64,000 nucleotides of DNA from an uncultured bacterium (lineage in GTDB: Bacteria; RBG-13-61-14; DATKZS01): the NCBI GenBank assembly GCA_964650485.1, contig CAZYTX010000006.1:38660-102659 (forward strand), written 5' to 3'. Position numbers and translations under genes: made by a program. Shown one piece after another: positions 26,870-36,984 of the stretch (positions are counted from its first letter, which is position 1; each line of letters starts with the position of its first letter). The notes under the pieces are model-generated. The model worked only from the letters and a program-made list of their open reading frames with translations. It was not told the DNA's origin and did not search any database.

Positions 26870-29566
26870 TCAGGGCCACGAACTCTCTCGCCTCTCCATT
26901 CTCAGCCGAAAGCCAAGCAGCATAAAAAGACTAAAAAGCGAGCCAATGCCAGTCCACAGTCCTATACTAAATGATGAAGGCTCGTATACCCATTTCACGC
27001 CGTGGACCCCTTCTGAAAGGTAGAGGCCGCGGAAGGCCAGGTCCGCGGGGAAGTGCCTGGTCTCAGTCCCATCCACGTACGACTTCCATCCCGGAAAGTA
27101 GGAGTCGGTAAAGACCAGGATGCCCGGACCCAACAGCCGCGCGGTCATTTCCACCTTGTGGGGACCGTACCTGTCTATTCGCACACGCTCGTATGGTGAG
27201 ACCGGTTTACTGGACATGCGCTCCAAGAGTGTTTCGAGTTTCCCGGCTCTTTCCAGCGCCACTTGCCTCCGGGGTTCGAAAAGGCCAGGATCGGAGATCC
27301 ATTCCACCACTTCGCCCATATTATCGAACAGGACCGGACCGCGGCATATGAAGGCCCTGGGCAGGGCCTGGGTGTTCCAATAAACGTCCACCTTCCCGAA
27401 CTTCGCTTTTCTCTGAAGCGGCCTTTCAGTATTTTCAATCGAGAGGTTTTCCAGGCGGACCTCCACCGTGTCTCCACTTAGTGGAGCACCGTGAATGGAG
27501 AGTTCCCGCGGGGAGTCCTCCAGCCTCAAGGAGGGAGAGTGCACCTTTGCGGGAGAGACAAACCTCGTCCAAATAAGTGTTTCATCTTTGCCTGGGACAC
27601 GTGAGTATGCCGCGAGCCAGGTCCCCTCATCCGCTTGAGCTCGCATGATGAGCCTGTCGCCTTCCTCGGCCGACACCATGAACTCGATCTTGAAAGGCGC
27701 CCACAATTTAAGCCGCTCTTTTTCTCTGTCCAGCCGGGCCAGTCCGCCTCTGCCCTTCCATTCCACCGAGTATCTTTTAAGGAGTGAATAAGGTGATGAC
27801 CACGGCACGGCAAACCCTCTTGCCAGCACCACCCTTGTCCCGGCCAGGTTTATCAGGTGCATGGCTTTCCGCTCAAGGGTGCCCGGGTTGGTCATGCTCC
27901 AGAGGAAGAGCAATGTCTGTTCGCTTCGACAATCTAAAATGAGGTTCTTATAGATGTTGGCAAGGTATAGGGTGCTCCTTGCAGGCGGCACACGGGAAGG
28001 GCCGGTGATGTTCTGTGCTCCCGATGTCATCTCGAAGAGGCCGTACACGGGAGCATCATCGGTAACGTCTTCACTTAGGAGCCGCTCGAACACGGCGAAC
28101 CTGGTCTCTGGAGAAAGCGTGCGGGCGAACCTCTCCAGGCCGGGATGGAGCTCGAACCTGTGGGGGGCGGTGCGGGGCACGTATCGAAAAGCCAGGCTGA
28201 ATGCATCCAGCACGATCACGGCCAGCACTATGCAGGTGGCCCAGTATGAAATAGACCGCCCCTTCCAGACCATCATTGACGCACCCGCGACAAGGGCCAG
28301 CCCGGCAATGAAATATCTCTCCACGCCACCCATGCACCAGGGCTGAAAAACGGCAGCCATCAGCCCTGCGAACAATATGGCGCCGCTGGTTGTTTTTCTC
28401 CTCTTCCCTGCTTCATTCCCGAGCCCGTCAGACAACGCTCCCATTGCCAGGGCTATGCCCAGGGTCTGGATCATTACCATTGCCTTGAACGGCGCGTGCA
28501 GATCACCCAGAACAGGCAAAAGATCAAAGAATTCACTCAAGAGCGGGAGTTTCCTAAATGCAAAGTATCCGACCACAAAAACCCAGGCCAATGCAATCGG
28601 CCTGCGGCTTGCAACGCGCAAGGCCGAGACCGCACCCAGCACGGAAAGCCACGGCATCAAGAAGCCGCTGTAATAGGGTGAGAGCCCGTGGTTGAAGGCC
28701 ATGTGCGGCATCATTTCCTTGTAGTACTCGAACGGAAGGAGCAGGGTGGGAACCAGCAAAGGCCAGTGTCCGCCTATATTGGGGAAAGTAAACTCGACCC
28801 CCATGTGCGGTCCGCGCACTGAGTATTGCACCAGCACCTGGGAATGGAGGATCAGGGGAGACATGATAAGAAATCCTGCGGCCGCACAAGAGACCACCAG
28901 CAAACCCCTCTTCACCCGCTCCTGCAAGGGTATGCCGCTTGCGGCCACCTGTATGATAAACAGGACCATCAACCCATAGACCATAAGTTCTACATACCCG
29001 CAAAAACCGCTCCACGCGGTTGCAAGCGCGCCCCCGGCAAAGGCCATCGCCCTCGGCCTTCTGCATAGCGGGCCGAAGCACAGCCACGCCGCCAGAAGAG
29101 CGCACATTGAGCTCAGCATTACAGTTACATTCATCCACCCAAACATCGCTCCGGAAAGACAGAACACCACTGCGCCGGCCGCGGAGAACCAGTAACCAAG
29201 GCCCACTTCCCGCCTCATGGCCGCGTAGAACAACAGGCTGGCCAGCATGAGATGCACGAGGATTGCCGCGGAATAGGCATATGCGCCGTGGAGTAAGAGG
29301 TAGATAATAATGAAGACCGGGTTCAGGCCCGCTGAATGGGCGTATCCAAGGTGGGGCATGCCGAAAACTACGTGCGGGTACCACAGCGGGAACTCACCCG
29401 CTCGCCAGTTCTCGGCCATCCAGTGCAGGTTGGGCATGATGGTGTAGGTGATATCCAGGAGAGCAGGAGAGTCCAGGAACACGCGGCCCGTAATCAGGAC
29501 CGGCACAAACACAAGCAGGATCAGCAGCTCCACCGCGAGAACGGCTATAAGGTCTTTCTTATTCAA
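26870..29566 (-). CDS. Large polytopic membrane protein, YfhO-like (GT-C-like glycosyltransferase fold) with a C-terminal extracytoplasmic domain.
   Basis: The 898-aa ORF has about 12 or more N-terminal TM helices over roughly 480 aa, then a soluble domain of about 400 aa and a final TM helix. The architecture matches the YfhO family. Confidence 0.5.
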   Translation of the reverse strand: MNKKDLIAVLAVELLILLVFVPVLITGRVFLDSPALLDITYTIMPNLHWMAENWRAGEFPLWYPHVVFGMPHLGYAHSAGLNPVFIIIYLLLHGAYAYSAAILVHLMLASLLFYAAMRREVGLGYWFSAAGAVVFCLSGAMFGWMNVTVMLSSMCALLAAWLCFGPLCRRPRAMAFAGGALATAWSGFCGYVELMVYGLMVLFIIQVAASGIPLQERVKRGLLVVSCAAAGFLIMSPLILHSQVLVQYSVRGPHMGVEFTFPNIGGHWPLLVPTLLLPFEYYKEMMPHMAFNHGLSPYYSGFLMPWLSVLGAVSALRVASRRPIALAWVFVVGYFAFRKLPLLSEFFDLLPVLGDLHAPFKAMVMIQTLGIALAMGALSDGLGNEAGKRRKTTSGAILFAGLMAAVFQPWCMGGVERYFIAGLALVAGASMMVWKGRSISYWATCIVLAVIVLDAFSLAFRYVPRTAPHRFELHPGLERFARTLSPETRFAVFERLLSEDVTDDAPVYGLFEMTSGAQNITGPSRVPPARSTLYLANIYKNLILDCRSEQTLLFLWSMTNPGTLERKAMHLINLAGTRVVLARGFAVPWSSPYSLLKRYSVEWKGRGGLARLDREKERLKLWAPFKIEFMVSAEEGDRLIMRAQADEGTWLAAYSRVPGKDETLIWTRFVSPAKVHSPSLRLEDSPRELSIHGAPLSGDTVEVRLENLSIENTERPLQRKAKFGKVDVYWNTQALPRAFICRGPVLFDNMGEVVEWISDPGLFEPRRQVALERAGKLETLLERMSSKPVSPYERVRIDRYGPHKVEMTARLLGPGILVFTDSYFPGWKSYVDGTETRHFPADLAFRGLYLSEGVHGVKWVYEPSSFSIGLWTGIGSLFSLFMLLGFRLRMERRESSWP

Positions 29567-29603
29567 GCTAAAAGCCCCATCAGGAGGATCTTCTTGTCGG
29601 GTA

Positions 29604-31538
29604 TCAACTCTTGCACAATACCAGGCGGGCCTCCAGCGGGCTCAAGGGGTCGCTCGCTCCCCTGTTTACTGATGAGTATACCACCGAGCATGCGCCACCT
29701 CCGCGGGGGATCAGGTCCGCGGCCTCGCCGGGAAAGGGGGCCTCGCTTTCCCCGGGATTGCGGATAACCAGGAGCTTGCTCTCATCCTTTTTGTGGAAAA
29801 AGCCGTACACCTCGTCCGAGGCCGGGTCACCCAGCACCATCTCCGAGTCCGCCAGGAGTTCCCAGTTATCACGCGAGAACCTTATGGCCTGGGCCAGGAC
29901 CTCCCACTCGCTCTCCGAGATCAGTTCGGGTGACAGGTAGAGCTCCCACATGGCCACTCCCCTGCCGAAGTACATCCAGGCGTCGTCTGAAAAATCGCGC
30001 AGGTTCTCCCCCTCCTCGCCCAGGCTCTGGTACGCGCCCTTTATGATCCCGTGTGTCATGACCGAGCTTAAGGGGAACTGTGCCTCCTCATCGCGCAGCC
30101 TCTTGTAAAGTAGGCTGTCCACGTATGTTATGGACCTCTGCCGCCTGCTGCCCTCCCCGCGGGAGCCGTAGTCCATGCCGCCGCGCCACACCACGTCCGC
30201 GTACAAGAGCCACCAGGGGGACATCCAAGCCCCCCTTGTAATGTTTATCATCACGTCCGGGGCCGCCCGCCGGGTCTCCTCCATCACTCGGATGAAGGCG
30301 TCGGTGAGCCCGACCTGGCCGTACCTTCCGATCCTGTGGCCATGCCACGGCGCCGGGCAGGAGGTTGTGAGGTTGTCGAGCTTGTAGTAGTTCACGTTGT
30401 ACTCTTTTATGTATTCAGTCATACGTCCGGCAAAGAGCCTGTTGTAGTCGTCCCCGGCTATGCAGAAGCCCTGCCAGCTCCGCTCGTAACCCTCGCCCAT
30501 GGACCAGAAGAGCCTGGCCCACTGCCTCCACACGTACCCTCCCAGCGGGCTCATCCACAGGCCCAGGTCGGCCCCAAGCTCCCGGGCCGCGGCCTTTACA
30601 GGGCCGAACCCTTCCGGGAACCGCTCAGGGTGCGGCCGCCACAGGTCATGATAGTCGTCCCAGCCCGAGTCCAGGACCACGGAGTCGAACCTCACCCCGT
30701 AAGGGTCAACCAGATTCCGCTTGAGCCCGCGGATAGTGCTTATCACCTCATCCGCGGAGAAGTGCCTGAGATGGTACCAGGTGTTCCACAACAGGAAGGG
30801 TGTGGCCGGCCTGGCCCTCATTTCATCTACGCACTGAAGGAAAGAGTCTCTCACCGGGCCGGGTCCTGAGAGGCCGTGCACAGCCTCCGGGGTCACGTAC
30901 CCATCCTCATAAACCGAAAGGCCCACCAGAAAGGAGCAGGTCACCATCCCGTTTCCCACCCGGTTCTGCGATGACGGGTATGCCACTGACCAGAAGGTGT
31001 GATCAACGTACACCGGCTGGCCCGGGCCGTGGAAGGTTCGGGGCTCCGCCCAGGGCTCGAACCTCTCCATCACGATGCTGTCAATAAAGACCTTTGTCCC
31101 CGGGTCCGGCTTTATGGTAAGCCACTTCCTGATGAAGTGGCTGCCCTTGTCCTGGCGATAGTGGAGCAGCACGGTAAGGGGAGGGTCTTGGGTGCGAAGC
31201 TCGAGGTCGAGGCTTCCCGGGCCCTGCTGCACGGCGCCCGTCACCTTGAAGTCGCGTGGATAGAGCCATCTATATTTAAGACGTATGGCGAACTCGTGGC
31301 CTTTCACGTATGCGATTTTCCCGTCGGTGGAGCGGGTGACGGCCGTGTGGGCGAGCACGCCGTCCTGTACCCCCAGCACCCTCTGTGCCGGGCCGTTCTT
31401 TATCGTATAGGTCACCGGCGGCTCGAAACTGATGGCACTGAAGGATACAGCCGGCAGGAGAACCAACACAAAAGCCAAAAGATAAGGGAGGGCTGAGCAG
31501 TCCACGTGACCTGCTCGCTTTGCTAGCCCACATAGCAT
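29604..31538 (-). CDS. Secreted TIM-barrel glycoside hydrolase, clan GH-D-like (alpha-galactosidase-like).
   Basis: DPYGVRFDSVVLDSGWDDY and HPERFPEGFGPVKAAARELGADLGLWMSP resemble the GH27/36 'YGY..IDDCW' and 'RFP.G...L......GLK.GIW' regions, and YYKLDN is a KxD-like motif. A signal peptide starts at MLCGLAKRA. The track ORF extends to 31613 across an intergenic repeat. Confidence 0.5.
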   Translation of the reverse strand: MLCGLAKRAGHVDCSALPYLLAFVLVLLPAVSFSAISFEPPVTYTIKNGPAQRVLGVQDGVLAHTAVTRSTDGKIAYVKGHEFAIRLKYRWLYPRDFKVTGAVQQGPGSLDLELRTQDPPLTVLLHYRQDKGSHFIRKWLTIKPDPGTKVFIDSIVMERFEPWAEPRTFHGPGQPVYVDHTFWSVAYPSSQNRVGNGMVTCSFLVGLSVYEDGYVTPEAVHGLSGPGPVRDSFLQCVDEMRARPATPFLLWNTWYHLRHFSADEVISTIRGLKRNLVDPYGVRFDSVVLDSGWDDYHDLWRPHPERFPEGFGPVKAAARELGADLGLWMSPLGGYVWRQWARLFWSMGEGYERSWQGFCIAGDDYNRLFAGRMTEYIKEYNVNYYKLDNLTTSCPAPWHGHRIGRYGQVGLTDAFIRVMEETRRAAPDVMINITRGAWMSPWWLLYADVVWRGGMDYGSRGEGSRRQRSITYVDSLLYKRLRDEEAQFPLSSVMTHGIIKGAYQSLGEEGENLRDFSDDAWMYFGRGVAMWELYLSPELISESEWEVLAQAIRFSRDNWELLADSEMVLGDPASDEVYGFFHKKDESKLLVIRNPGESEAPFPGEAADLIPRGGGACSVVYSSVNRGASDPLSPLEARLVLCKS

Positions 31539-31560
31539 AGCTATGCAGGTTACCCGTTTG
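31507..31560. repeat. Copy B of the hairpin repeat of about 55 nt.
   Basis: TGACCTGCTCGCTTTGCTAGCCCACATAGC-ATA-GCTATGCAGGTTAC is related to 20084-20130. Confidence 0.5.
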
Positions 31561-31655
31561 TTCCCTGATATCTCATCCATTATTGTTCTCGCTGCTCGCT
31601 CCCCGCTCCGCACTCATTGCTCCCAGCCACCCGTTCATCGCCGCCATTTTCCGTC

Positions 31656-33008
31656 TCATCTGTTCAGCTCGTTGATCTTCGTCTCCACCAGCTCCCGTAT
31701 CTCGTTCAACCTCTCCTCGCTCTCGGCCTCGAAACGCATCACCAGCATGGGCTGGGTGTTGGAGGCCCGCACCAGCCCCCACCCGTCCGGGAACACCAGC
31801 CTCACCCCGTCCACGTCAATGGTCTTGTACCCCTCCGACTTGAAGTGCTCGCTCGCCTTCCTCACGATCTCGAACTTGCTCTCGTCCGTGCTCTCGATCC
31901 GAAGCTCGGGCGTGTTGAACGTCTTTGGAATCCTGGCCTTCATGGCCGAGAGCTTCTCGTCGCTTCTTGAGAGGAGCTCCAGCAGCCGGCAGCTCGCGTA
32001 CACCGCGTCGTCGAACCCGAAGAACCGGTGCTTGAAGAACATGTGACCGGACATCTCGCCGCCGAGCGCCGCGCCCTCCTCCTTGATCTTGGCCTTTATC
32101 AGGGAGTGGCCGGCCTTCCACATGATGGGCCTGCCCCCGTGCTCCTCGATGTCATTGAAAAGAAGGTGCGAGCACTTGACCTCACCTATCACCGCGGAGC
32201 CGGGGACATCCTCCAAAACCGCGCGCGCAAGCAGCATAAGGATCATGTCACCCCAGATGACCTCGCCCTTGTCGGATACCACGCCCAGCCGGTCGGAGTC
32301 CCCGTCGTAGCCTATGCCAACGTCCGCGCCCGTCTCTTTCACCTTGTCCATCAACTCCTTCAGGTTCTCCTCCACAGTGGGGTCCGGGTGGTGGTTGGGG
32401 AAGTTGCCGTCCATGTCCGTGTATAGCTCGTGCACCTTGCAGCCAAGATTTTTCAGTATGGGCACGGCCACCGGGCCCGCGGTGCCGTTGCCAGCGTCCA
32501 CCACCACCTGGAGCGGCCTTTCAAGCTTGATGTTCTCCGAAACCCACTTAATATAGTCCTCGCGGATGGGCCGCTCCTGGAACTCGCCCTTGCCCTCGGT
32601 AAAGTCCTTCTTCTCGATGATCCCGCGCAGGCCCTGGATCTCGCTCCCATAAAGCGTCTCCTTGCCCACGCTCACCTTGAACCCGTTCTGGTCAGGAGGG
32701 TTGTGCGACCCCGAGACCTGCACCCCGCCGTCCACCGGGTACTGGAACAGGCTGAAGTAGGACATGGGCGTGGTCACCACCCCGATGTCCACAACGTCCA
32801 CACCGCTCTCGGTTATACCCTGCACAAGGGCCTTTGTAAGGGGCGGAGAGCTCAGCCGGCAGTCCTGGCCCACGGAGGCGGTCTTTCCTCCCCTGTCTTT
32901 GAGCACCTTTGCGAATGCCCTGCCCAAGAGCCTTGCGAACTCATGGTCAAAGTCCTCGTAAACCACGCCCCTTATATCGTACTCGCGGAAAATCTTGTTC
33001 TTGTGCAC
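31656..33008 (-). CDS. Phosphohexomutase (phosphomannomutase / phosphoglucomutase family).
   Basis: SGSHNPP is the active-site Ser loop. GYDGDSDR is the metal-binding loop. GGEMSGH is the sugar-binding loop. Confidence 0.88.
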   Translation of the reverse strand: MHKNKIFREYDIRGVVYEDFDHEFARLLGRAFAKVLKDRGGKTASVGQDCRLSSPPLTKALVQGITESGVDVVDIGVVTTPMSYFSLFQYPVDGGVQVSGSHNPPDQNGFKVSVGKETLYGSEIQGLRGIIEKKDFTEGKGEFQERPIREDYIKWVSENIKLERPLQVVVDAGNGTAGPVAVPILKNLGCKVHELYTDMDGNFPNHHPDPTVEENLKELMDKVKETGADVGIGYDGDSDRLGVVSDKGEVIWGDMILMLLARAVLEDVPGSAVIGEVKCSHLLFNDIEEHGGRPIMWKAGHSLIKAKIKEEGAALGGEMSGHMFFKHRFFGFDDAVYASCRLLELLSRSDEKLSAMKARIPKTFNTPELRIESTDESKFEIVRKASEHFKSEGYKTIDVDGVRLVFPDGWGLVRASNTQPMLVMRFEAESEERLNEIRELVETKINELNR

Positions 33009-33209
33009 CTCACACCTCCATTAAAAGGGTTTGTCCGCGGCCCTCTTCAGCAGACCGGCGACCTTCCATATTCTTTATCATTCAATTTGTGTATGCAAGT
33101 GACTTGCTTTTCTCCTGCAAATACGTTTAAAATATTGTAAAATCCCGGCTTGAGAGGAAAGCTGAACCTGGGTGTTGCAGTTTGCGGAGCGAGGGAGGAG
33201 GATTGAAAG

Positions 33210-33671
33210 TTGGCTAAGATTAAGCCCCTGAAGGAAAACCCCCTGTTCAAGGATTTCTCGGACAAGGAGATAGCACTGCTTGCCAAGTACGTGGAGGAGA
33301 AAACCATGGAAGCGCCCTCCCCCCTTTTCCTTGAGAACATGAAAGGGGAGTCCATGTACCTGGTGGTGAAAGGCCGGGTCAGGCTCTCCAAGATGCTCTC
33401 CGAGGGAATGGAGAAGACCCTTACAACCCTGGGGCCGGGAGACTACTTCGGGGAGATGGCGCTGGTGGAGGAGGGGCCCAGGGCGGTGTCGGCGTTCATC
33501 GTGGAGAGCGCCCAGATATTGACCCTGAAAAGAGCGGACTTCGAGAAGCTCATGCAGGAGGCCCCGGAGGTGGCGGTGAAGGTGGTCATAGGCATTCACA
33601 AGCTGCTCTCCGACAAGGTGCGAAGCCTCTCGCCCAAGCTCCAGGAGATGATACTGAGCGAGTCCCCTTAA
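33210..33671 (+). CDS. Cyclic nucleotide-binding domain protein.
   Basis: LGPGDYFGEMALV...RAVSAFIVESAQIL is the cNMP-binding beta-barrel signature (GEMAL..RxA). Confidence 0.8.
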   Translation: MAKIKPLKENPLFKDFSDKEIALLAKYVEEKTMEAPSPLFLENMKGESMYLVVKGRVRLSKMLSEGMEKTLTTLGPGDYFGEMALVEEGPRAVSAFIVESAQILTLKRADFEKLMQEAPEVAVKVVIGIHKLLSDKVRSLSPKLQEMILSESP

Positions 33672-33698
33672 ACCGCAAATCACAAGGAGGCGTGAAAA

Positions 33699-33890
33699 GT
33701 GGAGTGGCTGGCAATACTGGTGCTTTTGATCATACTCGCCTTGGGCGGGGCCAACCTGGCCCTGCTTCTAAGGTTCATGTCAGTGGCGAATGAAAACCGC
33801 GACCGCTATGCAAAGATCATGGAAAAGCTGGACTCCATGAAAGAGACTCCCGGGACACAAGTCCAGGACAAGTCTGAAAAAGATCAGTAA
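33699..33890 (+). CDS. Small membrane protein, hypothetical.
   Basis: A 63-aa ORF with a single TM helix (LAILVLLIILALGGANLALLL). Confidence 0.35.
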   Translation: MEWLAILVLLIILALGGANLALLLRFMSVANENRDRYAKIMEKLDSMKETPGTQVQDKSEKDQ

Positions 33891-34183
33891 TGCTCTCAAG
33901 GTTTGCATACTGCTTGATCACAGCCGCTACCGCTTATTTCCCTGCCCAGCTCATGGCCGTCCAGGCCGATGCCCCCACCAAGGTGTCGAGAGTTTTAATC
34001 GTGGTGATCATCGCCCTGGCGGTGGCCGCGGCTCTGGCGCCGGTATTTTACCGCAGGGCACTCAGGAAACGGGGCGAGAAGAAGCTCACATCCTTCCTCT
34101 TGAACGACCCCGAGACCCGGGAAATGCTGCTTAAGAGGAGAGACGGCCAGGATGAGGAGGATGAAGCACAAAATCTCGATTGA
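33890..34183 (+). CDS. Small membrane protein, hypothetical.
   Basis: A 97-aa ORF with two hydrophobic helices. Confidence 0.35.
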   Translation: MLSRFAYCLITAATAYFPAQLMAVQADAPTKVSRVLIVVIIALAVAAALAPVFYRRALRKRGEKKLTSFLLNDPETREMLLKRRDGQDEEDEAQNLD

Positions 34184-34841
34184 AGAGCAGCTAAAGCATA
34201 TCTATCGCATCCTCCTCTCCGAGTTCGGTCACAGGAACTGGTGGCCTGGTGATTCCCCTTTCGAGGTCATGGTGGGCGCCATACTCACACAGAACACATC
34301 CTGGAAGAACGTTGAAAAGGCCATGGACGCGCTCAAGTCCGAGGGCATGCTCTCTCCGGCAGCTATAAGAAAAGCTGACAAGAAAAGACTGAGGAGGCTC
34401 ATCCGCCCCTCTGGATACTACAACCAGAAAGCCGAGAAACTAAAAAGCTTCGTGCGCTTCTTCGAGAGAGAGTACGGCTCCAGCATCGAGAGGATTAAGC
34501 AGCAAGAGACGGATAACCTAAGAGAAAAACTCCTGTCAGTACGCGGGATCGGGGAGGAGACCGCGGACTCCATACTGCTCTACGCCCTTGAAAAGCCGGT
34601 ATTCGTGGTGGATGCATACACCAGGAGGGCCTTCTCCCGGCTCGGGTTCCTGCAAAAAGACCCGTCTTACCAGGAGACCCAGGAACTCTTCTCCATGAAC
34701 CTCCCCCGAGACCCGGCCCTATACAACGACTTCCACGCACAGATCGTCTACCTTGGCAAGGACTTCTGCAGAAAAAAGCCCTTGTGCGAGCGGTGCCCCT
34801 TGTCAGTGCTTGAAATGTGCCAACCGGGTAAGATAGAATAG
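34152..34841 (+). CDS. Endonuclease III-family HhH-GPD DNA glycosylase with a [4Fe-4S] cluster.
   Basis: LSVRGIGEETADSILLYAL is the HhH-GPD motif with a catalytic Asp. CRKKPLCERCPLSVLEMC is a C-x6-C-x2-C-x5-C cluster loop. Confidence 0.8.
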   Translation: MRRMKHKISIEEQLKHIYRILLSEFGHRNWWPGDSPFEVMVGAILTQNTSWKNVEKAMDALKSEGMLSPAAIRKADKKRLRRLIRPSGYYNQKAEKLKSFVRFFEREYGSSIERIKQQETDNLREKLLSVRGIGEETADSILLYALEKPVFVVDAYTRRAFSRLGFLQKDPSYQETQELFSMNLPRDPALYNDFHAQIVYLGKDFCRKKPLCERCPLSVLEMCQPGKIE

Positions 34842-34859
34842 GTAATAGGAGGGACGGTA

Positions 34860-35126
34860 ATGAGCGAGGGCACCATAGACTACAAGGGAGAGAAGGGCAA
34901 GCTGCTCATGGTGGGCACCAAGGAAAACGTGCCCGGATGGAGCGGAGAGATTTACGTGGCCGTGATACAGTACGGGGACAAGACAAACGAGAAGTTCGAC
35001 GTGGTGCCGGACTCGACCGACCCCAAGGACGTGGACGAGCTGCCCGAGGTCAAGACCTTCCCAAACAGGGGCCAGGCCATCAGCCACTTCATGAACCTGG
35101 AAAAGAACAAGGACAAGTGGAAATAA
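34860..35126 (+). CDS. Hypothetical small protein.
   Basis: An 88-aa ORF with a GGTAA-containing RBS region upstream. Confidence 0.4.
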   Translation: MSEGTIDYKGEKGKLLMVGTKENVPGWSGEIYVAVIQYGDKTNEKFDVVPDSTDPKDVDELPEVKTFPNRGQAISHFMNLEKNKDKWK

Positions 35127-35255
35127 CACCCTGCCCCTCTTGCATCCGACCCCATAGTGATTATCTTATAAACGGGAAAGAATGTTCAAGAGCATTCCAG
35201 CGCTGGGATGATTGCCTGATTTCCCGGGGAGAACGGAGTTGTGCAATAAAATAAA

Positions 35256-36890
35256 TTAATCACCGGTAAGCGTTAAGCCCTGCTCCTTCCAGAACCCGCA
35301 CTGTTCCACGTTGGTGGCCTTGTCGGCTTTTGCAGGGAGATCGAGGTACATCCTCTGCCGCGAGCCCTTGTCATAGGCGGGCCACTCCACAAGGTCCGCG
35401 TCATTGGGGTCCCCGGTTTTAGCGAAGTCCGCCCAGTACCGCATCATTATCCCGGTAATCTCGCGCCCCTTCTTCGTCTGCGACCGAGTGAGGAACCAAT
35501 TTGCGGGCGGCTTTTTAAGGTTGCCGAACAGGAATGGTATCTCAAGACCGTGGGCCGCTCCAACCATGTGCGGGAGCAGGTGCTTGTCGTAATCGAACCT
35601 GTAATAATATACCTCCTCGTAGTCCGAGACCGCCTCCGCGGCCTGGAAGCACTTGCACCCGAGCGCCATGTGGCCCATGGCGTCAATGGCCGCATCCGCG
35701 GGCCTGCGGTACTCCTTGTAGGGATAGAGCTCGATGAGCTCCTCCACTGACTCCTCGCCCACCATGCTCTCCATGAACTTGCTGACCAGGCACTTGGGAG
35801 CAAGCCTCACCCCGGGGAGGGCGATGGCGAAAAGCTTGACCTCGTCGCGGTTGCTGCCCACCAGGAGCGGCACACGATTGAACTCGCCCGCTCTTATGGC
35901 CTCGACCGGCACGTCCGCCAGCGCGTGCCCGTCCACGTGCGGCACCCATGTGAACTCGAGCATGGACTTCACGTCAAAGCCGCCTCCATCATCCTTTTTC
36001 TTCTTAGCCTTTTTCAGGGCCTTCTTTATTTCCTTGGGTTCCATGTCCCTCATGCAGGAGAGCACGTCCTCGCTGTCAGCGCAGCCAAGGTCCCGGGCGA
36101 ACTCCTCGCCGTGCTCGAACCCGGCATCCAAGCTCTTCACCGTGTCGCACCCGCCGCTCTGTATCACCGCCTTGTGGAACAGACCCCCGGCAAGAGGAGA
36201 TGCCAACAGGCTGCACACGCTCCACCCGCCGGCGCTCTCCCCGAATATGGTCACGTTCTCAGGGTCTCCGCCGAACTGGCTGATGTTGTTTTTCACCCAC
36301 TGGAGCGCGGCCACCTGGTCCATGAGCCCGTAGTTTCCGCTGGAGCCGTGCGGGTCCTCCTCGGAAAGCGCGGGGTGTGCCAGGAAGCCGAAGTAGTTCA
36401 GCCGGTAGTTCAGGCTAACAACCACCACGTCTTCAAAAGCCGAAAGCATCCCGCCCCAGTAAATAGGCTCCGCGGCAGTGCCCACGGTCAAGGAGCCCCC
36501 GTGTATCCACACCATGACCGGGAACTCGCCCTTCCTGTCAGGGCGCCACACGTTGAGGTTAAGACAGTCCTCGCTCATATCGGGAAGCATGTACCTGGGG
36601 ACACCCGAGCCCGAGCCGCTGGATATGCACCGGCACCCGAACTCGAATGCATCGAGCACACCGGAGCGCGAAAGCGCCGGCTTTGGAGGCTTCCACCTGA
36701 GTTCGCCCACCGGGGGAGCGGCGTAGGGGATGCCCTTGTACTCACAGGCCCGGAATTTCTCCAGCTCCTTGCCAACCACAGGTCCCTGGGCGGTTGGCAC
36801 CTCCTGGTCGCATACACCGCTGATGGCTTTCCAGGGGAAAAAGCACATTGCGACAGCCGCCACCATAAATCCCGCTGTCTTAAACTTCAT
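35256..36890 (-). CDS. Secreted carboxylesterase, type B (alpha/beta hydrolase).
   Basis: The ORF has a signal peptide, then the IFGESAGG nucleophile elbow and a type-B carboxylesterase N-terminal motif (EDCLNLNVWRP). Confidence 0.85.
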   Translation of the reverse strand: MKFKTAGFMVAAVAMCFFPWKAISGVCDQEVPTAQGPVVGKELEKFRACEYKGIPYAAPPVGELRWKPPKPALSRSGVLDAFEFGCRCISSGSGSGVPRYMLPDMSEDCLNLNVWRPDRKGEFPVMVWIHGGSLTVGTAAEPIYWGGMLSAFEDVVVVSLNYRLNYFGFLAHPALSEEDPHGSSGNYGLMDQVAALQWVKNNISQFGGDPENVTIFGESAGGWSVCSLLASPLAGGLFHKAVIQSGGCDTVKSLDAGFEHGEEFARDLGCADSEDVLSCMRDMEPKEIKKALKKAKKKKDDGGGFDVKSMLEFTWVPHVDGHALADVPVEAIRAGEFNRVPLLVGSNRDEVKLFAIALPGVRLAPKCLVSKFMESMVGEESVEELIELYPYKEYRRPADAAIDAMGHMALGCKCFQAAEAVSDYEEVYYYRFDYDKHLLPHMVGAAHGLEIPFLFGNLKKPPANWFLTRSQTKKGREITGIMMRYWADFAKTGDPNDADLVEWPAYDKGSRQRMYLDLPAKADKATNVEQCGFWKEQGLTLTGD

Positions 36891-36984
36891 TTAATCCTCC
36901 CCTCACATACTTTTTTCTCACTTGCTTATGGCGGCAACATAATACTATAATCATTGCACCTGTCAAAATGAACGGGGCTAACAG

